The position numbers and the translations under genes are program-made. Positions 9,692-20,412 of a stretch of 64,000 nt of DNA are shown in pieces; positions within the stretch are counted from its first letter, which is position 1; every line of letters starts with the position of its first letter. Below the pieces are notes generated by a model that saw only the letters and a program-made list of their open reading frames with translations, was not told where the DNA came from and did not search any database. The stretch is from Candidatus Thorarchaeota archaeon (GTDB lineage Archaea > Asgardarchaeota > Thorarchaeia > Thorarchaeales > Thorarchaeaceae), in assembly GCA_048884965.1 (NCBI GenBank), contig JBHLQH010000007.1:64001-128000 (forward strand), in the 5' to 3' direction.

Positions 9692-9799
9692 GCTCCGGTA
9701 GATACTTGATGGATTTCCTCAAGTAACCGAGTGTAGTCCGGCCCAGCATGGGGGACTCTCGATCCCCCGACCCGGGTTCGAATCCCGGCCGGAGCACCA
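9692..9799 (+). tRNA. tRNA-Glu(CTC) with 30-nt intron at 10/11 (9702-9731)
   Basis: Acceptor GCTCCGG/CCGGAGC, anticodon arm GGGGA-CT-CTC-GA-TCCCC, CCA; BHB-type CGGT/ACCG helix with AG|A and AG|T bulges. Confidence 0.92.
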
Positions 9800-9807
9800 T
9801 TAACTTT

Positions 9808-11805
9808 CTATTTTGTGACAGATTTCCGTTTGAGCACGGGAACAATTGGTATCCCAAGCGAGCTGCCTAATCCAAGAATTAGTGGGTACATTCCTACCCC
9901 TTCTGTCGAGTTCATATCTATCGGTGTGATAATGATATGAAAAATGCACGAGTATGACTCAATGCCATTTGTCGCTGGTATGTGACAAAAGAGAGAATGA
10001 AGCCCTGAGAGTTCAGGCAAAGGTAGTTCCATCTGTACTATTCCATCAACTCCTGCTATTGCGGAAAAGTTCTTGGAATTCCAAAGGAAATGTGTCAAAA
10101 TACCACCAAGATTTGTTCCATTAAGACCCTGAACCTGCAATCTTACATGAATTGACCCAAAAACATGATCAACATCATAACTAAAATGACTAATGTGAAC
10201 CGGAATTTTATTGCTAACCACAATGGAGAAGGATTGAGAAGCTGATAGCTCGAAAAAGTATTTGCTTCCGTCATAATATATATGAATTCTATAAATGCCT
10301 TCCATATCTGGAACCGTAATTTCGAAGGTGGCAACTCCAAATTGATTGGTTGTGAGTGATGAATTTCCAAACATAGTTGGCATCGAATAGGAAACCATCC
10401 TATCTGTCAAATTTCCAAACTGATTTGACAATTGCAGCTGGATGCGTACCACTTGATTTGGAGATGCGAATCCTAAAATGTTTGATGAGATGATTTGGAT
10501 TCTGGAAGCACTCCAAACTCCAACAATCAAAGTGGTATTCTTCCCAGAAGATATGTAGTCATTCTCAGCAATAATCTGAATTGTTCTATTCCCGATATCA
10601 CCAATAATTGGAAAAGATAGGGAAATCTCGGTTTCCCAGAAAGTTTCCACAAAGGTCGAATAGTTACTCTCCTTATCGATAACATACACAGTTGTATATG
10701 GTATCGGTCGTGAGAAAAGATCATAGAGAATAACGGTAACAGACATGGTGGTATTAATGGTCACCATTGTTGGAACTTGGGCTTCAAGAAACGCAACTGT
10801 TTCGATAACGAATTCTGATTCCAAACGCGTTTCTTGATATCTTTGGGTTCCAAAATACTGAATTTCGAGTGTATGTAATCCTATTGAATGAGATTCATTG
10901 AAGTGAATCTTGTATTCTGCAAAACCTGTAGAATTTGTGAATGTGGTATAGCAAAGGTTGCCATCTATCAAAAGGTCAAGTCGAACATTAGATAGAGCTC
11001 CTTCTTCTGAAACAGCTTTGACTGAGAAAGAAGCTGTTTGGTTAAGTGAGATTGTATCAATTATCTCAGTAGCTGGAGAGATGGAAGTTGAAAGTTTCTG
11101 GACTTCTATGATGAAGGAATTGCTGCTACCTCGATGAAAAAGAGTTACATTTCCTTCGTAGATGACTTCTATTGTGTGAGCACCAATACCAATAGAAGCA
11201 TTTTCGATGTTGACAACGATTGTTGCATAACCTGTGGAATTTGTAGTTGTACTAGTTAGTAATGATGAATCACAGAATATCTTGAGTGAAGCATTCTCAA
11301 TAGGATTCTGAATATCATCAGACAAACGAATTGAAAATACAAGATTGTCATCTGGAGCTAAATTGGTTTGTACAGGCAGTAGTTCCAGGTAACTAAATGA
11401 AGTTACAAGAAAGGAAATCCATTGACAGGAGGGAGCTAATGAAAGAGTTTCATTTCCTCTATATGTAACATTGACTAATGTATAGCCTAAAGGATGTGTT
11501 ATTGGGAATTCGTACTCAATGGAGGCAATTCCAAGTTCATTTGTAATTGCTGTTCCTATGAACACATCATATGTTTGATCGAAGAACTCTATTATCTGGT
11601 ACTGTACAGGTTCTCCAAAAGTCCCATTTGCGAGAAGTGTGGCTGCTATTTGAAAGGACTCTCCTCTGGATACTGTTATCTCAGCAGCAGCACCCACTGG
11701 ATATGAAAAGAATACAATGAAAAGACAAATCCCAAGCGCACCAAAAGCAATATGTTTGAATCTATGTTGCTTTGCGATTTGCGTCATTCTCGAATTTGGC
11801 AACAT
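9808..11805 (-). CDS. Membrane-anchored surface protein with Ig-like repeats
   Basis: Signal peptide; repeated TNSTG.A and G.H.I...Y.G motifs; C-terminal TM followed by a basic tail (KRKSVTK). Confidence 0.7.
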   Translation of the reverse strand: MLPNSRMTQIAKQHRFKHIAFGALGICLFIVFFSYPVGAAAEITVSRGESFQIAATLLANGTFGEPVQYQIIEFFDQTYDVFIGTAITNELGIASIEYEFPITHPLGYTLVNVTYRGNETLSLAPSCQWISFLVTSFSYLELLPVQTNLAPDDNLVFSIRLSDDIQNPIENASLKIFCDSSLLTSTTTNSTGYATIVVNIENASIGIGAHTIEVIYEGNVTLFHRGSSNSFIIEVQKLSTSISPATEIIDTISLNQTASFSVKAVSEEGALSNVRLDLLIDGNLCYTTFTNSTGFAEYKIHFNESHSIGLHTLEIQYFGTQRYQETRLESEFVIETVAFLEAQVPTMVTINTTMSVTVILYDLFSRPIPYTTVYVIDKESNYSTFVETFWETEISLSFPIIGDIGNRTIQIIAENDYISSGKNTTLIVGVWSASRIQIISSNILGFASPNQVVRIQLQLSNQFGNLTDRMVSYSMPTMFGNSSLTTNQFGVATFEITVPDMEGIYRIHIYYDGSKYFFELSASQSFSIVVSNKIPVHISHFSYDVDHVFGSIHVRLQVQGLNGTNLGGILTHFLWNSKNFSAIAGVDGIVQMELPLPELSGLHSLFCHIPATNGIESYSCIFHIIITPIDMNSTEGVGMYPLILGLGSSLGIPIVPVLKRKSVTK

Positions 11806-12006
11806 ATTGACCTCTCAACCTTTGGATGACCAGAAAGGAAAATGATATTCTATTCTGACTATGCATGAATGTTAATTTGTTTGGCTTTTAATCTCCTATA
11901 GACTGGAGTGCAAGAAACATGGGTAGTTCTTATGCAATAATAATAGATGAATAGATACAGGGCAAAGTAGCCTTGGAATCCAACTCTGGCAAGAGGGAGA
12001 TCATGA

Positions 12007-15000
12007 ATGGTAAAGGATGATTCAGGATTCAGATTCTCAGTACACCTGCACTCTAGAAACTTGACTAGAGTAATTTGGGTTATGACCCTTTTGCTTTGCA
12101 GTGCCTATATCTTGGGTGTGTATATTTTGCCTTTCTTTGGACTTGTCAGGTCTGAGATTATATCAAATAGATTCCTAATCGAACTTGTTGTTTGCTCGCT
12201 CCCGGTACTTTCGGGAGCTGTTCTGACCTACATACAAATGGATGAAGTGTCACCATCGGTCATAATGGATGATGAGTTCATGATCTTGTCTTTAGAGGGA
12301 AGGCATGTTGGAACTATTTGTCTAAAGATTACATCTGTTTCTGGATCTTTATTGTGGAATGATGAAGCAATACGATATAATACAGCACCCCTATTAGCGA
12401 TACGAGCAGGAATAAAAGAAGGCGTTGATTACGCGTTTCAATATGGTGTTCAATCTGGAGAACCTTTCCTTCATGTATTCATATCAATGTCATCTACCAA
12501 TGTGACCTCTATGAAGGAGATACTGAAGAGAGAAGCAACAAGAGCTGAGGCAATACTACTATCTTCTTTAGAAAATGTCAGTGTTCGTCTATTACAAAAA
12601 GATGAACTTGTGTCAAGTGTCAATCTATCGGATATAATCCAAGTTAGAGAAGATGGAAAGATAGCTATAGATAAGGATAGCACAGGTACTCTTTTGATTA
12701 TCAATGGCATCCCAAAAGTCACACCAACTGAGACTTCCTCTCAGGTTGGGACGTTCATATCAACATCACTGCGACAAGGCTATTCTCTGTCCCTAACTTG
12801 TGTTTTTTCCAAAACCAATCCGGGAAAAGAAAAAAGAAGGTTGGAACGCAAATGGAGAAGGATAAAATCGAAAGAGAAACGAAATGAAGACTCCCTTTCT
12901 GATCAAGCAATGAAAAGGACATTGCTTAGCGAGTTTGAAGAGATAAACACGAATTCTGCTTGGTTTGAGTCATCGGTATATGTAGTCATCAATCATGATA
13001 CTCCAGTCGAGGGAGTAAAAGGCTTGATACACTCAATTTGGAGTGGAGATGACAGTCTATCGATAAAAGAAACTCAACTAAGTCAGTTAGTTAAATACCG
13101 ACTTGTCATGAAAAGACATCTGAAGGGACAAAGAATACATGTGAATAGACTAGTTGCATATGTTAATACCCCAGTTCAGCACTTGCCAGTTGTTAGTGCA
13201 ATGGGAATACCGGAATTTCAAATTCCATCCACCGATATTGTTGAAAATGAGTTGGAGATTGGTTGGGCAGTATACGGAAATCGGCGTTTAAGCAAAGTGG
13301 GATTGAAACCCGAGTGGCTAAGAGAGCATATGGCGGTCTTAGGAGCTACTGGTACCGGAAAAACAACCTTGGTAAAGAAATTGATGTCAGAAATCACAAT
13401 AAAGACTGCTGTCCCTTGGTGGATATTTGATGTCAAGGGATCGGAGTACTCTGATTTGTCCAAATTCGATGATATTGTTGTTCTACGACCCGGTCTTGAC
13501 CCTACATTTGTTATAGATTTAATCGAAAGGAGGAATTTCGACAATAACCGAGCCCACTCTACATTTTCATTGCTGCGAGAATTGATTCAAGAGAACAGCA
13601 CTTCTGAATTATCTCCTGCAATGGAGAAGCTTCTTCGAGAAGCCGTTCTCTCGCTGGCGAATGAAAATGATATGGGATATGGAGCTAGTGCACTTGTTGA
13701 TAGAATTCAAGAGATTTCAGGAAATGACCGAGTCAGTCAGATGACAAGAGATGCACTGCTGAACCGACTTGAAATCCTGACTAGGGAACCTCTTGGATCC
13801 ATTTTAGCTGGAGGTGCCGATTCGTTCAGGATTTCAGAGCTGCTTAGTTCAAGGGTGGTATTCGATTTGAGGTATGTTTCGCAAATCGGAGGGATGGATG
13901 CCGCTCGACTTCTTTACAACCTTGTAGCAAAACGAATCTTCGATGCCTCTATGCGAAGAGGAATCTCCTCTGGCTTGCATCATCTTGTCGTGTTAGAAGA
14001 AGCCAGCAATCTTGTGCCCGAAAGCTACACTAGGCACTCTGCTGCTGATGTTACGACTGGTGAATCTATGGTCATGCTCCAACGTGCTACTGGTCAGGGT
14101 GTTATTGTGATTTCAACTAGACCAAATATATCTTCGAATATTCTAGCCAATACCTCAACAAAAGCCACCTTCAGACTTCCGTATGATAGCACCGTTGGAG
14201 GTAGATTCATGTCTGTTGATGCAAACCAGGAGCAGTACCTGCGTACTATGCAGGTAGGAAGAGCTTTGATTTTATTACCCAATGTCAATACATTTGAAAT
14301 CGAAACGGAACCCTTCGATATATCTGAATATTTACCATCAAGAACATCTTCACATACTAAAGGAAGTGCTGAAGAAACAGAAATAAAAGATGCATCAGTA
14401 GATAGCAAAAGTGAGATATCAACTGAAGAAATCAAAGACCCTTCATCGAGTCATCTAAGTCCAGTTTTTGATAGAATCGGTGAACTAGCAAATCACATTA
14501 TAGCTCTATTAGCATCTAGAGAGATTACTACCCATGAAGATATTCGTGAATTTTTGCTAAGCCTTGATGCCAGATTGACTGATGATGATGTGAATGATAT
14601 TCTCAGAGATTTGGTTTCGTTATCGTCCATCCAGAGAGAAGCCATTCCTCTTGTTGCTGGAGGTTTTATCTACTCACCTGTAGGTAAAGGCTTGCAGGCA
14701 GTTAAGAGAGTGATTATTGATTATCTTGTAGATAGATTGGAGAACGTGGACCAAATGAATGGCGAGAATGAATTAGGTCCCGATTTATTTGTCAATGAAA
14801 CTGCGATTATTATCATTCCGGAGATGCTTAAGGCATCCACTTTTGAAGGGATTATCGAGAGGATAAGACATCAGATGAACGTCCTGCGAAATGGAGTATC
14901 GAATCTTATTGTGATTGTAAGAGGGAGTGTTGCTGCAGCAAAACTGCGTGAAATAGTCGATGGATCTGAAGAGTTTGATGCAGTTTCTGTAGTATCAGCC

Positions 15001-15723
15001 TTTCCAAGTTCATTGTCTAAACTTGTTGAAGGATTGGCAAAATATAGAGCGAAAACAGAAAAGCTTGGATTATCAGCTGGAGACCCTGAAGCTGTTCAAG
15101 CTAGCTTGCTCGAGGCTGTTCATGATATTGGATCAGCTTCTAGCAGAGCTGTTCAAATGCGACTATGGTTTGGTTTGATTCAAGACTTTGTAGACCTGTC
15201 GAAAGGGTGTGTTTCATGGGAATCCATCCTTGAGTTTATTGATACAACCGCTATCCAATCAAAGAAAGGGAGAAGCGCACCTCTTAATGTAGAAGAAGGA
15301 AAAAGAGCACTTACAGAATTGTTGGCTGATGAGATGTTGGTTGCTGTACGAATTGGCTCTAAAGATAGTCTTGTGGAATTGGAAGAGGGATTGTGGATAG
15401 TAAACGCAATAGTTCTTGATGACTTGAAGGCCAAGGCCATTAGTCAACTGAAAAGCGAACTGGAAAAACGGTACGATGTTGTGTTTCAAGGTCATGGATA
15501 CTACGATATTTGTGCTGATAAGAGATCTTATGTTGTTTTTCCAACTCAACAAGAACTGAGCACATTGATTCGATTACATAGTGACGTTGCATGTAGGAAC
15601 TGCGAATCGAATGAAGTAATCTGTATTCTAACGGCTGCCGAATACTTAGAGGATTCGATAGTTACACCTTCAAATCTGATAATGCGAACGATGGATGAAG
15701 GACTTACATCAGTTTTTATCTAA
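12007..15723 (+). CDS. Membrane-anchored HerA/VirB4-like (DUF87) P-loop ATPase, 1238 aa
   Basis: Two N-terminal TM segments; HMAVLGATGTGKTT, IFDVKGSEY, VVLEEASN, ISTRP, ILANT motifs. Confidence 0.75.
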   Translation: MVKDDSGFRFSVHLHSRNLTRVIWVMTLLLCSAYILGVYILPFFGLVRSEIISNRFLIELVVCSLPVLSGAVLTYIQMDEVSPSVIMDDEFMILSLEGRHVGTICLKITSVSGSLLWNDEAIRYNTAPLLAIRAGIKEGVDYAFQYGVQSGEPFLHVFISMSSTNVTSMKEILKREATRAEAILLSSLENVSVRLLQKDELVSSVNLSDIIQVREDGKIAIDKDSTGTLLIINGIPKVTPTETSSQVGTFISTSLRQGYSLSLTCVFSKTNPGKEKRRLERKWRRIKSKEKRNEDSLSDQAMKRTLLSEFEEINTNSAWFESSVYVVINHDTPVEGVKGLIHSIWSGDDSLSIKETQLSQLVKYRLVMKRHLKGQRIHVNRLVAYVNTPVQHLPVVSAMGIPEFQIPSTDIVENELEIGWAVYGNRRLSKVGLKPEWLREHMAVLGATGTGKTTLVKKLMSEITIKTAVPWWIFDVKGSEYSDLSKFDDIVVLRPGLDPTFVIDLIERRNFDNNRAHSTFSLLRELIQENSTSELSPAMEKLLREAVLSLANENDMGYGASALVDRIQEISGNDRVSQMTRDALLNRLEILTREPLGSILAGGADSFRISELLSSRVVFDLRYVSQIGGMDAARLLYNLVAKRIFDASMRRGISSGLHHLVVLEEASNLVPESYTRHSAADVTTGESMVMLQRATGQGVIVISTRPNISSNILANTSTKATFRLPYDSTVGGRFMSVDANQEQYLRTMQVGRALILLPNVNTFEIETEPFDISEYLPSRTSSHTKGSAEETEIKDASVDSKSEISTEEIKDPSSSHLSPVFDRIGELANHIIALLASREITTHEDIREFLLSLDARLTDDDVNDILRDLVSLSSIQREAIPLVAGGFIYSPVGKGLQAVKRVIIDYLVDRLENVDQMNGENELGPDLFVNETAIIIIPEMLKASTFEGIIERIRHQMNVLRNGVSNLIVIVRGSVAAAKLREIVDGSEEFDAVSVVSAFPSSLSKLVEGLAKYRAKTEKLGLSAGDPEAVQASLLEAVHDIGSASSRAVQMRLWFGLIQDFVDLSKGCVSWESILEFIDTTAIQSKKGRSAPLNVEEGKRALTELLADEMLVAVRIGSKDSLVELEEGLWIVNAIVLDDLKAKAISQLKSELEKRYDVVFQGHGYYDICADKRSYVVFPTQQELSTLIRLHSDVACRNCESNEVICILTAAEYLEDSIVTPSNLIMRTMDEGLTSVFI

Positions 15724-16565
15724 GGAGCAATCTTCGTACAGAGTACTGATTCTCCTTTTAGTAAATCCTCTAGTCGACCAGGAATATTCAGATTGAATAT
15801 TGTTGTTTCAGTTCCTAAACCCGACAAGGCTAGTAGGTCAATAACCTTCTTTGCCATTCCACCTGTGACATCAGTTGCACTTGATGGTCCTACTGCTTTG
15901 AGAACCGATTCCTTGTTTAGTTGGTTAATCACTGGAATTACTCTGGCGTGTGGATTGATACTTGGATTGCTATCCAGTACTCCATCTACATCGGTCCCTA
16001 TTAGAATCTCCTTGATTTTCAATTCTTTTGCTAGATAAGCCATAATCGTATCGCCACTTAGAATTGCTGCACCAAAATGACTGTCGAAACATACGTCACC
16101 ATGTGTTATTACATTGTGACCTGAATCTATCGTTCTTTGTATTGATTCAAGGGAAAACGATGCGATTTGCTTATTCTCCAGAAACGAAATGGAAAAGGGT
16201 GAGATAACGACTGATGACAGACCCTCCTGATTGAAGAGGGTTTCAATACCAAATGCTAATTCATTCATGTTATGTCTGATTTTTGGAATACCCGCAAGTA
16301 GTCTATTGATTGGAGTATCTGATTCTCCATATCCATAGCTGTATGCTGCTTGGTGACCATGGGCGCCACCTCCAAGAACAATGATCAATGGAGAAGTAGC
16401 GATTTGTAGCTCTTTTGCAATTCTGTTTACTGTATCATTATTTATCCGAGGAGGCGTTTCATGCTTATTGGTAATGACCGACCCTCCGAGTTTGAGAAGA
16501 ATTATATCTTTCACATCGCACACCCTTCTTACTTGTGAATTCGGTTTACTTATGGAAGTTATCAT
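15720..16565 (-). CDS. ipk: Isopentenyl phosphate kinase
   Basis: LKLGGSVITNK, GGGAHGH, HGD, ILSGD, DVTGGMAKK. Confidence 0.88.
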   Translation of the reverse strand: MITSISKPNSQVRRVCDVKDIILLKLGGSVITNKHETPPRINNDTVNRIAKELQIATSPLIIVLGGGAHGHQAAYSYGYGESDTPINRLLAGIPKIRHNMNELAFGIETLFNQEGLSSVVISPFSISFLENKQIASFSLESIQRTIDSGHNVITHGDVCFDSHFGAAILSGDTIMAYLAKELKIKEILIGTDVDGVLDSNPSINPHARVIPVINQLNKESVLKAVGPSSATDVTGGMAKKVIDLLALSGLGTETTIFNLNIPGRLEDLLKGESVLCTKIAP

Positions 16566-16655
16566 GATATGAAAATGTCACACATAAGACAAGCTTTTTA
16601 TCGGAACCACATTCCGTTGAGATGAACACCTGCCAAACCGGAGCGGGATATCGAT

Positions 16656-16967
16656 ATGACTCAAAGAGCAAGAATCAGACTATCAAGCACTAGTACCGAA
16701 CATCTAGATGGAGTCTGTAATCAAATTAGGCGAATCACTCGAAAGACAGGTGTGAGAATGTCGGGACCGATTCCGCTTCCTACAAGAAGAATGGTAATTC
16801 CTACTCGTAAAACTCCTTGTGGACAAGGATCAGAGTCTTGGGATAAATGGGAGATGAGGGTCCATAAGCGCCTCATTGATATCGATGCGGATGAAAGAGC
16901 TATTAGACAGATAATGCGAGTCAGAATTCCTGATTCGGTCTATATCGAGATTGAGCTAACTGGATAA
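16656..16967 (+). CDS. rps10: 30S ribosomal protein uS10
   Basis: [27 protein letters not shown]. Confidence 0.97.
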   Translation: MTQRARIRLSSTSTEHLDGVCNQIRRITRKTGVRMSGPIPLPTRRMVIPTRKTPCGQGSESWDKWEMRVHKRLIDIDADERAIRQIMRVRIPDSVYIEIELTG

Positions 16968-17042
16968 TCCGCAACAAAAACTCTTTCTTGATAGAGTTCT
17001 TCTGTAATTCCAATGTATCAGTGATTATGAGGAGCAATCTCT

Positions 17043-18866
17043 ATGTGTGGAATTATTGGCGTTGTGCAGGAAAGAGGAGAGGTCGCTTCCTTTATTCATC
17101 AAGCACTGAAACGTTTGGAATATAGAGGGTATGATTCTGTAGGAATCACAACAATCAAATCAGATCAGCTATTCACAAAGAAAGACAAAGGAAAAATCGA
17201 TGAAGTTCATCAAATGCTAAATTTGGATGATCTTCCAGGGAGTATTGGAATTGGTCATACTCGCTGGGCAACTCATGGTATCCCTTCAATGTATAACTCT
17301 CATCCTCATTTCGACTGCAAAAACGAAATTGCGGTTGTTCACAATGGAGTAATCGATAATTTCCTTGAATTACGTGAAATTCTTACTAAAAAAGGTCATA
17401 GCTTCGAGTCTGACACAGATACTGAAATACTACCACACCTTATTGAGGATTTCATGAATGAAGGGCAATCATTGAAAGATGCTCTGAAACAAGCTGCAAC
17501 ACTGATTGAAGGCACTTATGCAGTTGTAGCCATGAGCACACGCGAACCAGACAAGATGGTTGTTACCCGCGATGGAAACCCCTTAGTTATCGGCAGACAG
17601 GGAAATACAAGCTATGTTTCATCAGATATTCCTGCTTTCTTGCCAGTCACCAACAATATGATTCTTCTTCTTGATGGAGAGATTGCAACTCTCACTGTTG
17701 ATGGGATTTCAATAGAACGGCTTTCAGATGGAGAACAGGTCAATCGCGAAACAATCAAAATTAGTTGGACTGCAGACCAAGCTCAAAAGGCTGGATTTCC
17801 TCATTTCATGTTGAAGGAGATACATGAGCAACCAGAGGCTATCAGAAATACACTCAGACTACGACCGGAGATTTTACTTGAGGCTGCGAATATTCTTTCT
17901 GAATCGAATAATATCTTCTTCTTGGCAATGGGTACTTCTGGTCATGCTGCAATGGCAGGAAGACACATGTTCGCATCACTTGGGGGTGTACTTCCATCTT
18001 TTGAGTTAGCCAGTGATTTTCAGGATAGTGTCTATGATGTTATTTCAGAGGGGGATCTTGTTCTCACAATTACGCAATCTGGCGAAACGACTGATACTAT
18101 AGTTGCTGCAAAATATGCAAAGAAAAGAGGCGCAAAAATTCTAGCTATTACAAATGTTGTTGGAAGCTCAATAACTAGATTGGCTGATCATACAGTTATT
18201 ACTCAAGCGGGTCCTGAAATAGGAGTAGCAGCTACTAAGACATTTATGGTCCAGCTTACTTCATTGGCGCAAATAGCACTAGCTCTTGGGGATGTAAGGT
18301 CATTCAAGGATCCTGAAATCTTGGCTGAAAAGAGAAATGCACTTGAAGGTATACCAAGTATTGTTTCGAAGGTGATTGCCACAGAGGAGGAGTATGCAAG
18401 GCAAATTGCAGGAGTATACCATGCAAGTCCAAGTATGTTGTTTCTGGGTAGAGGGATTTCAATGGCTACAGCATATGAGGGTGCTCTAAAGCTGAAAGAA
18501 ATTGCATACAATCATGCAGAAGGGTATTCCGCTGGCGAATCGAAACATGGTCCAATCGCTCTGGTACAGGAAAATTATCCTGTAGTCTTTGTTGCACCAA
18601 GTGATGATACTCGAGCAAGGTTGATTGGGAATATCATGGAAATGAAAGCCAGAGGAGCATCAATCATCTCTGTTCTTGAGGAAAGTGACCAAGAAATACG
18701 ATCTCTTTCAAATCGGATATTCTCTATTCCAGATGGTGTTGAACCGGAATTCTCGGTCATGCCCTATATTGTACCATTGCAGCTGTTTAGTTATTATATG
18801 GCAACAAGGAAAGGATATGATCCCGACAAGCCTCGTAATCTTGCCAAGTCAGTTACAGTTCTTTGA
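17043..18866 (+). CDS. glmS: Glutamine-fructose-6-phosphate transaminase
   Basis: MCGI, LEYRGYDS, GHTRWATHG, PRNLAKSVT. Confidence 0.97.
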   Translation: MCGIIGVVQERGEVASFIHQALKRLEYRGYDSVGITTIKSDQLFTKKDKGKIDEVHQMLNLDDLPGSIGIGHTRWATHGIPSMYNSHPHFDCKNEIAVVHNGVIDNFLELREILTKKGHSFESDTDTEILPHLIEDFMNEGQSLKDALKQAATLIEGTYAVVAMSTREPDKMVVTRDGNPLVIGRQGNTSYVSSDIPAFLPVTNNMILLLDGEIATLTVDGISIERLSDGEQVNRETIKISWTADQAQKAGFPHFMLKEIHEQPEAIRNTLRLRPEILLEAANILSESNNIFFLAMGTSGHAAMAGRHMFASLGGVLPSFELASDFQDSVYDVISEGDLVLTITQSGETTDTIVAAKYAKKRGAKILAITNVVGSSITRLADHTVITQAGPEIGVAATKTFMVQLTSLAQIALALGDVRSFKDPEILAEKRNALEGIPSIVSKVIATEEEYARQIAGVYHASPSMLFLGRGISMATAYEGALKLKEIAYNHAEGYSAGESKHGPIALVQENYPVVFVAPSDDTRARLIGNIMEMKARGASIISVLEESDQEIRSLSNRIFSIPDGVEPEFSVMPYIVPLQLFSYYMATRKGYDPDKPRNLAKSVTVL

Positions 18867-18902
18867 GGGGCTTAAATTGGACATTAACTAACTAGTCAAT
18901 GT

Positions 18903-19163
18903 GTGAAACCAATGTTGCCATATATGCTTCAATCGCCATTGACGGATTTTGCTAACCTAATAGCTGGATACTTTGCGGAAATTTGGGAGTTCCTCGTCTT
19001 CATCGCAAGAATCTCTGCTGTAATAGTTGTATTAGTGGGAGCTATCCTATGGTTTACGGAAGTGAACTCCAAAAGAGGTAAGGGTCTCGTTTTCAGTGGA
19101 ATAATGCTAGCAATCGTAGTACAGTATTTTGTAATGTATCCACCAACGTTCATTCTCAGTTGA
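18903..19163 (+). CDS. Small two-helix membrane protein, TrbC/VirB2 pilin-like
   Basis: Two hydrophobic helices joined by a short basic loop (VGAILWFTEVNSKRGKGLVFSG). Confidence 0.45.
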   Translation: MKPMLPYMLQSPLTDFANLIAGYFAEIWEFLVFIARISAVIVVLVGAILWFTEVNSKRGKGLVFSGIMLAIVVQYFVMYPPTFILS

Positions 19164-19166
19164 GTA

Positions 19167-20378
19167 TCAAAGTAGATCTTTGCTAATCGTTCCTAATGTA
19201 TCAAATAGCAAATCAATCTCTTCTACAGAATTGTACAAGCCATATGATGTTTGAATGATTCCTTCGAAAGATGCTCTCTTCACAAGGGGGTGAGCACATA
19301 GTAGACCACTTCTTGTTGCAATATGCGATTCATCAAGAAAAAGTGAGATATCATGGCAGCTTATCATAGCGTCATCTCCTAGATTGAATCCGAATATGGT
19401 GGATAATTCATCAGGATGACCAAAAAGATTCAGATTCTCTATTTCATTCGCTCTTCTGAGCGTATGGACTGCGAGTTCTTTGAAGTGTGATTGAATTTTC
19501 GTCATGTCAATGCTTGATAGATAGGCAATTGCAGCACTGAGACCTGCAATTGCAGGAACGTTCAGAACATCCGATTCGAATTTATCGGGTTGTAATGCGA
19601 TTTCATACTCTGTTAGACTCACATTGGAAACACTGGATCCTCCAAGAATACCGGGAATATGTTGGGCTCCAAGTGATTCTTCTATCCATTGAATAGCTAA
19701 TCCTGGAGGAGCCATGAAGGACGTGTTCGCAGAAGTAACAATCAAGTCAGGTCCTGATTTGACTAGGGAACGAATGTCATAACCGAATGATCGACTCACA
19801 TCTGAGAGTAGCATTCCATCATACTCATGTACTTGGTTAGATATGGCACGAAGAGGATTTCTAATTCCCCAACCAATGGTAGTTGATCCAACAGCAACAA
19901 TCCCTACTCTTTTGGTTAGTAGGTTTTCAAGAGAACCAAGGTCTAAGACACCTTGATCGTCAATGGGAATAGGTTTTATTTCCAAATTGAGTAGTTGTGA
20001 TACTCTTTGTAGTGCTACCAAGATAGAATGTTCCTCACTTGCAGCAACAAGAATAGTATCTTTTCCTTTCTTTTTCCAATCATAACCGAGGGCGAATGAT
20101 GCAACTGAAGATGTGATAGATTTTTGAAAGGAAATCTGGGGATGATCTACAGACATGAATCCAGCTAGCTTTTTTCTGGTTTCTTCAACAATGGATCCGC
20201 CTCGAATAGCTAGCATATGCGCACCCCTCCGAGAAGAAGAAACTGTTTCTGAGAGAAATTCCATTACTGCATCAATTGCTACTTGGGGAATCAAAGTAGT
20301 ACTGGCAGAGTCAAAGTATACCAAGCTTGGATTCTTTGTGAGAACTGGAAAGTGAGAGCGCAATTTCAAGGCTGACAT
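19167..20378 (-). CDS. Cysteine desulfurase (SufS)-like class V aminotransferase, divergent
   Basis: VYFDSASTT, EHS and RSGLLCAHP present; PLP-lysine motif degenerate (SANTSFMAPPG). Confidence 0.75.
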   Translation of the reverse strand: MSALKLRSHFPVLTKNPSLVYFDSASTTLIPQVAIDAVMEFLSETVSSSRRGAHMLAIRGGSIVEETRKKLAGFMSVDHPQISFQKSITSSVASFALGYDWKKKGKDTILVAASEEHSILVALQRVSQLLNLEIKPIPIDDQGVLDLGSLENLLTKRVGIVAVGSTTIGWGIRNPLRAISNQVHEYDGMLLSDVSRSFGYDIRSLVKSGPDLIVTSANTSFMAPPGLAIQWIEESLGAQHIPGILGGSSVSNVSLTEYEIALQPDKFESDVLNVPAIAGLSAAIAYLSSIDMTKIQSHFKELAVHTLRRANEIENLNLFGHPDELSTIFGFNLGDDAMISCHDISLFLDESHIATRSGLLCAHPLVKRASFEGIIQTSYGLYNSVEEIDLLFDTLGTISKDLL

Positions 20379-20412
20379 ATTTCTTTTTGGTCAATGAAGG
20401 CCTTTAATTGTA

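Noticed and set aside
9670-9698. GCTCCGG duplicated upstream of tRNA-Glu as a split-tRNA piece or att site
   Set aside because: Only 7 bp, no integrase nearby, and the tRNA is complete without it
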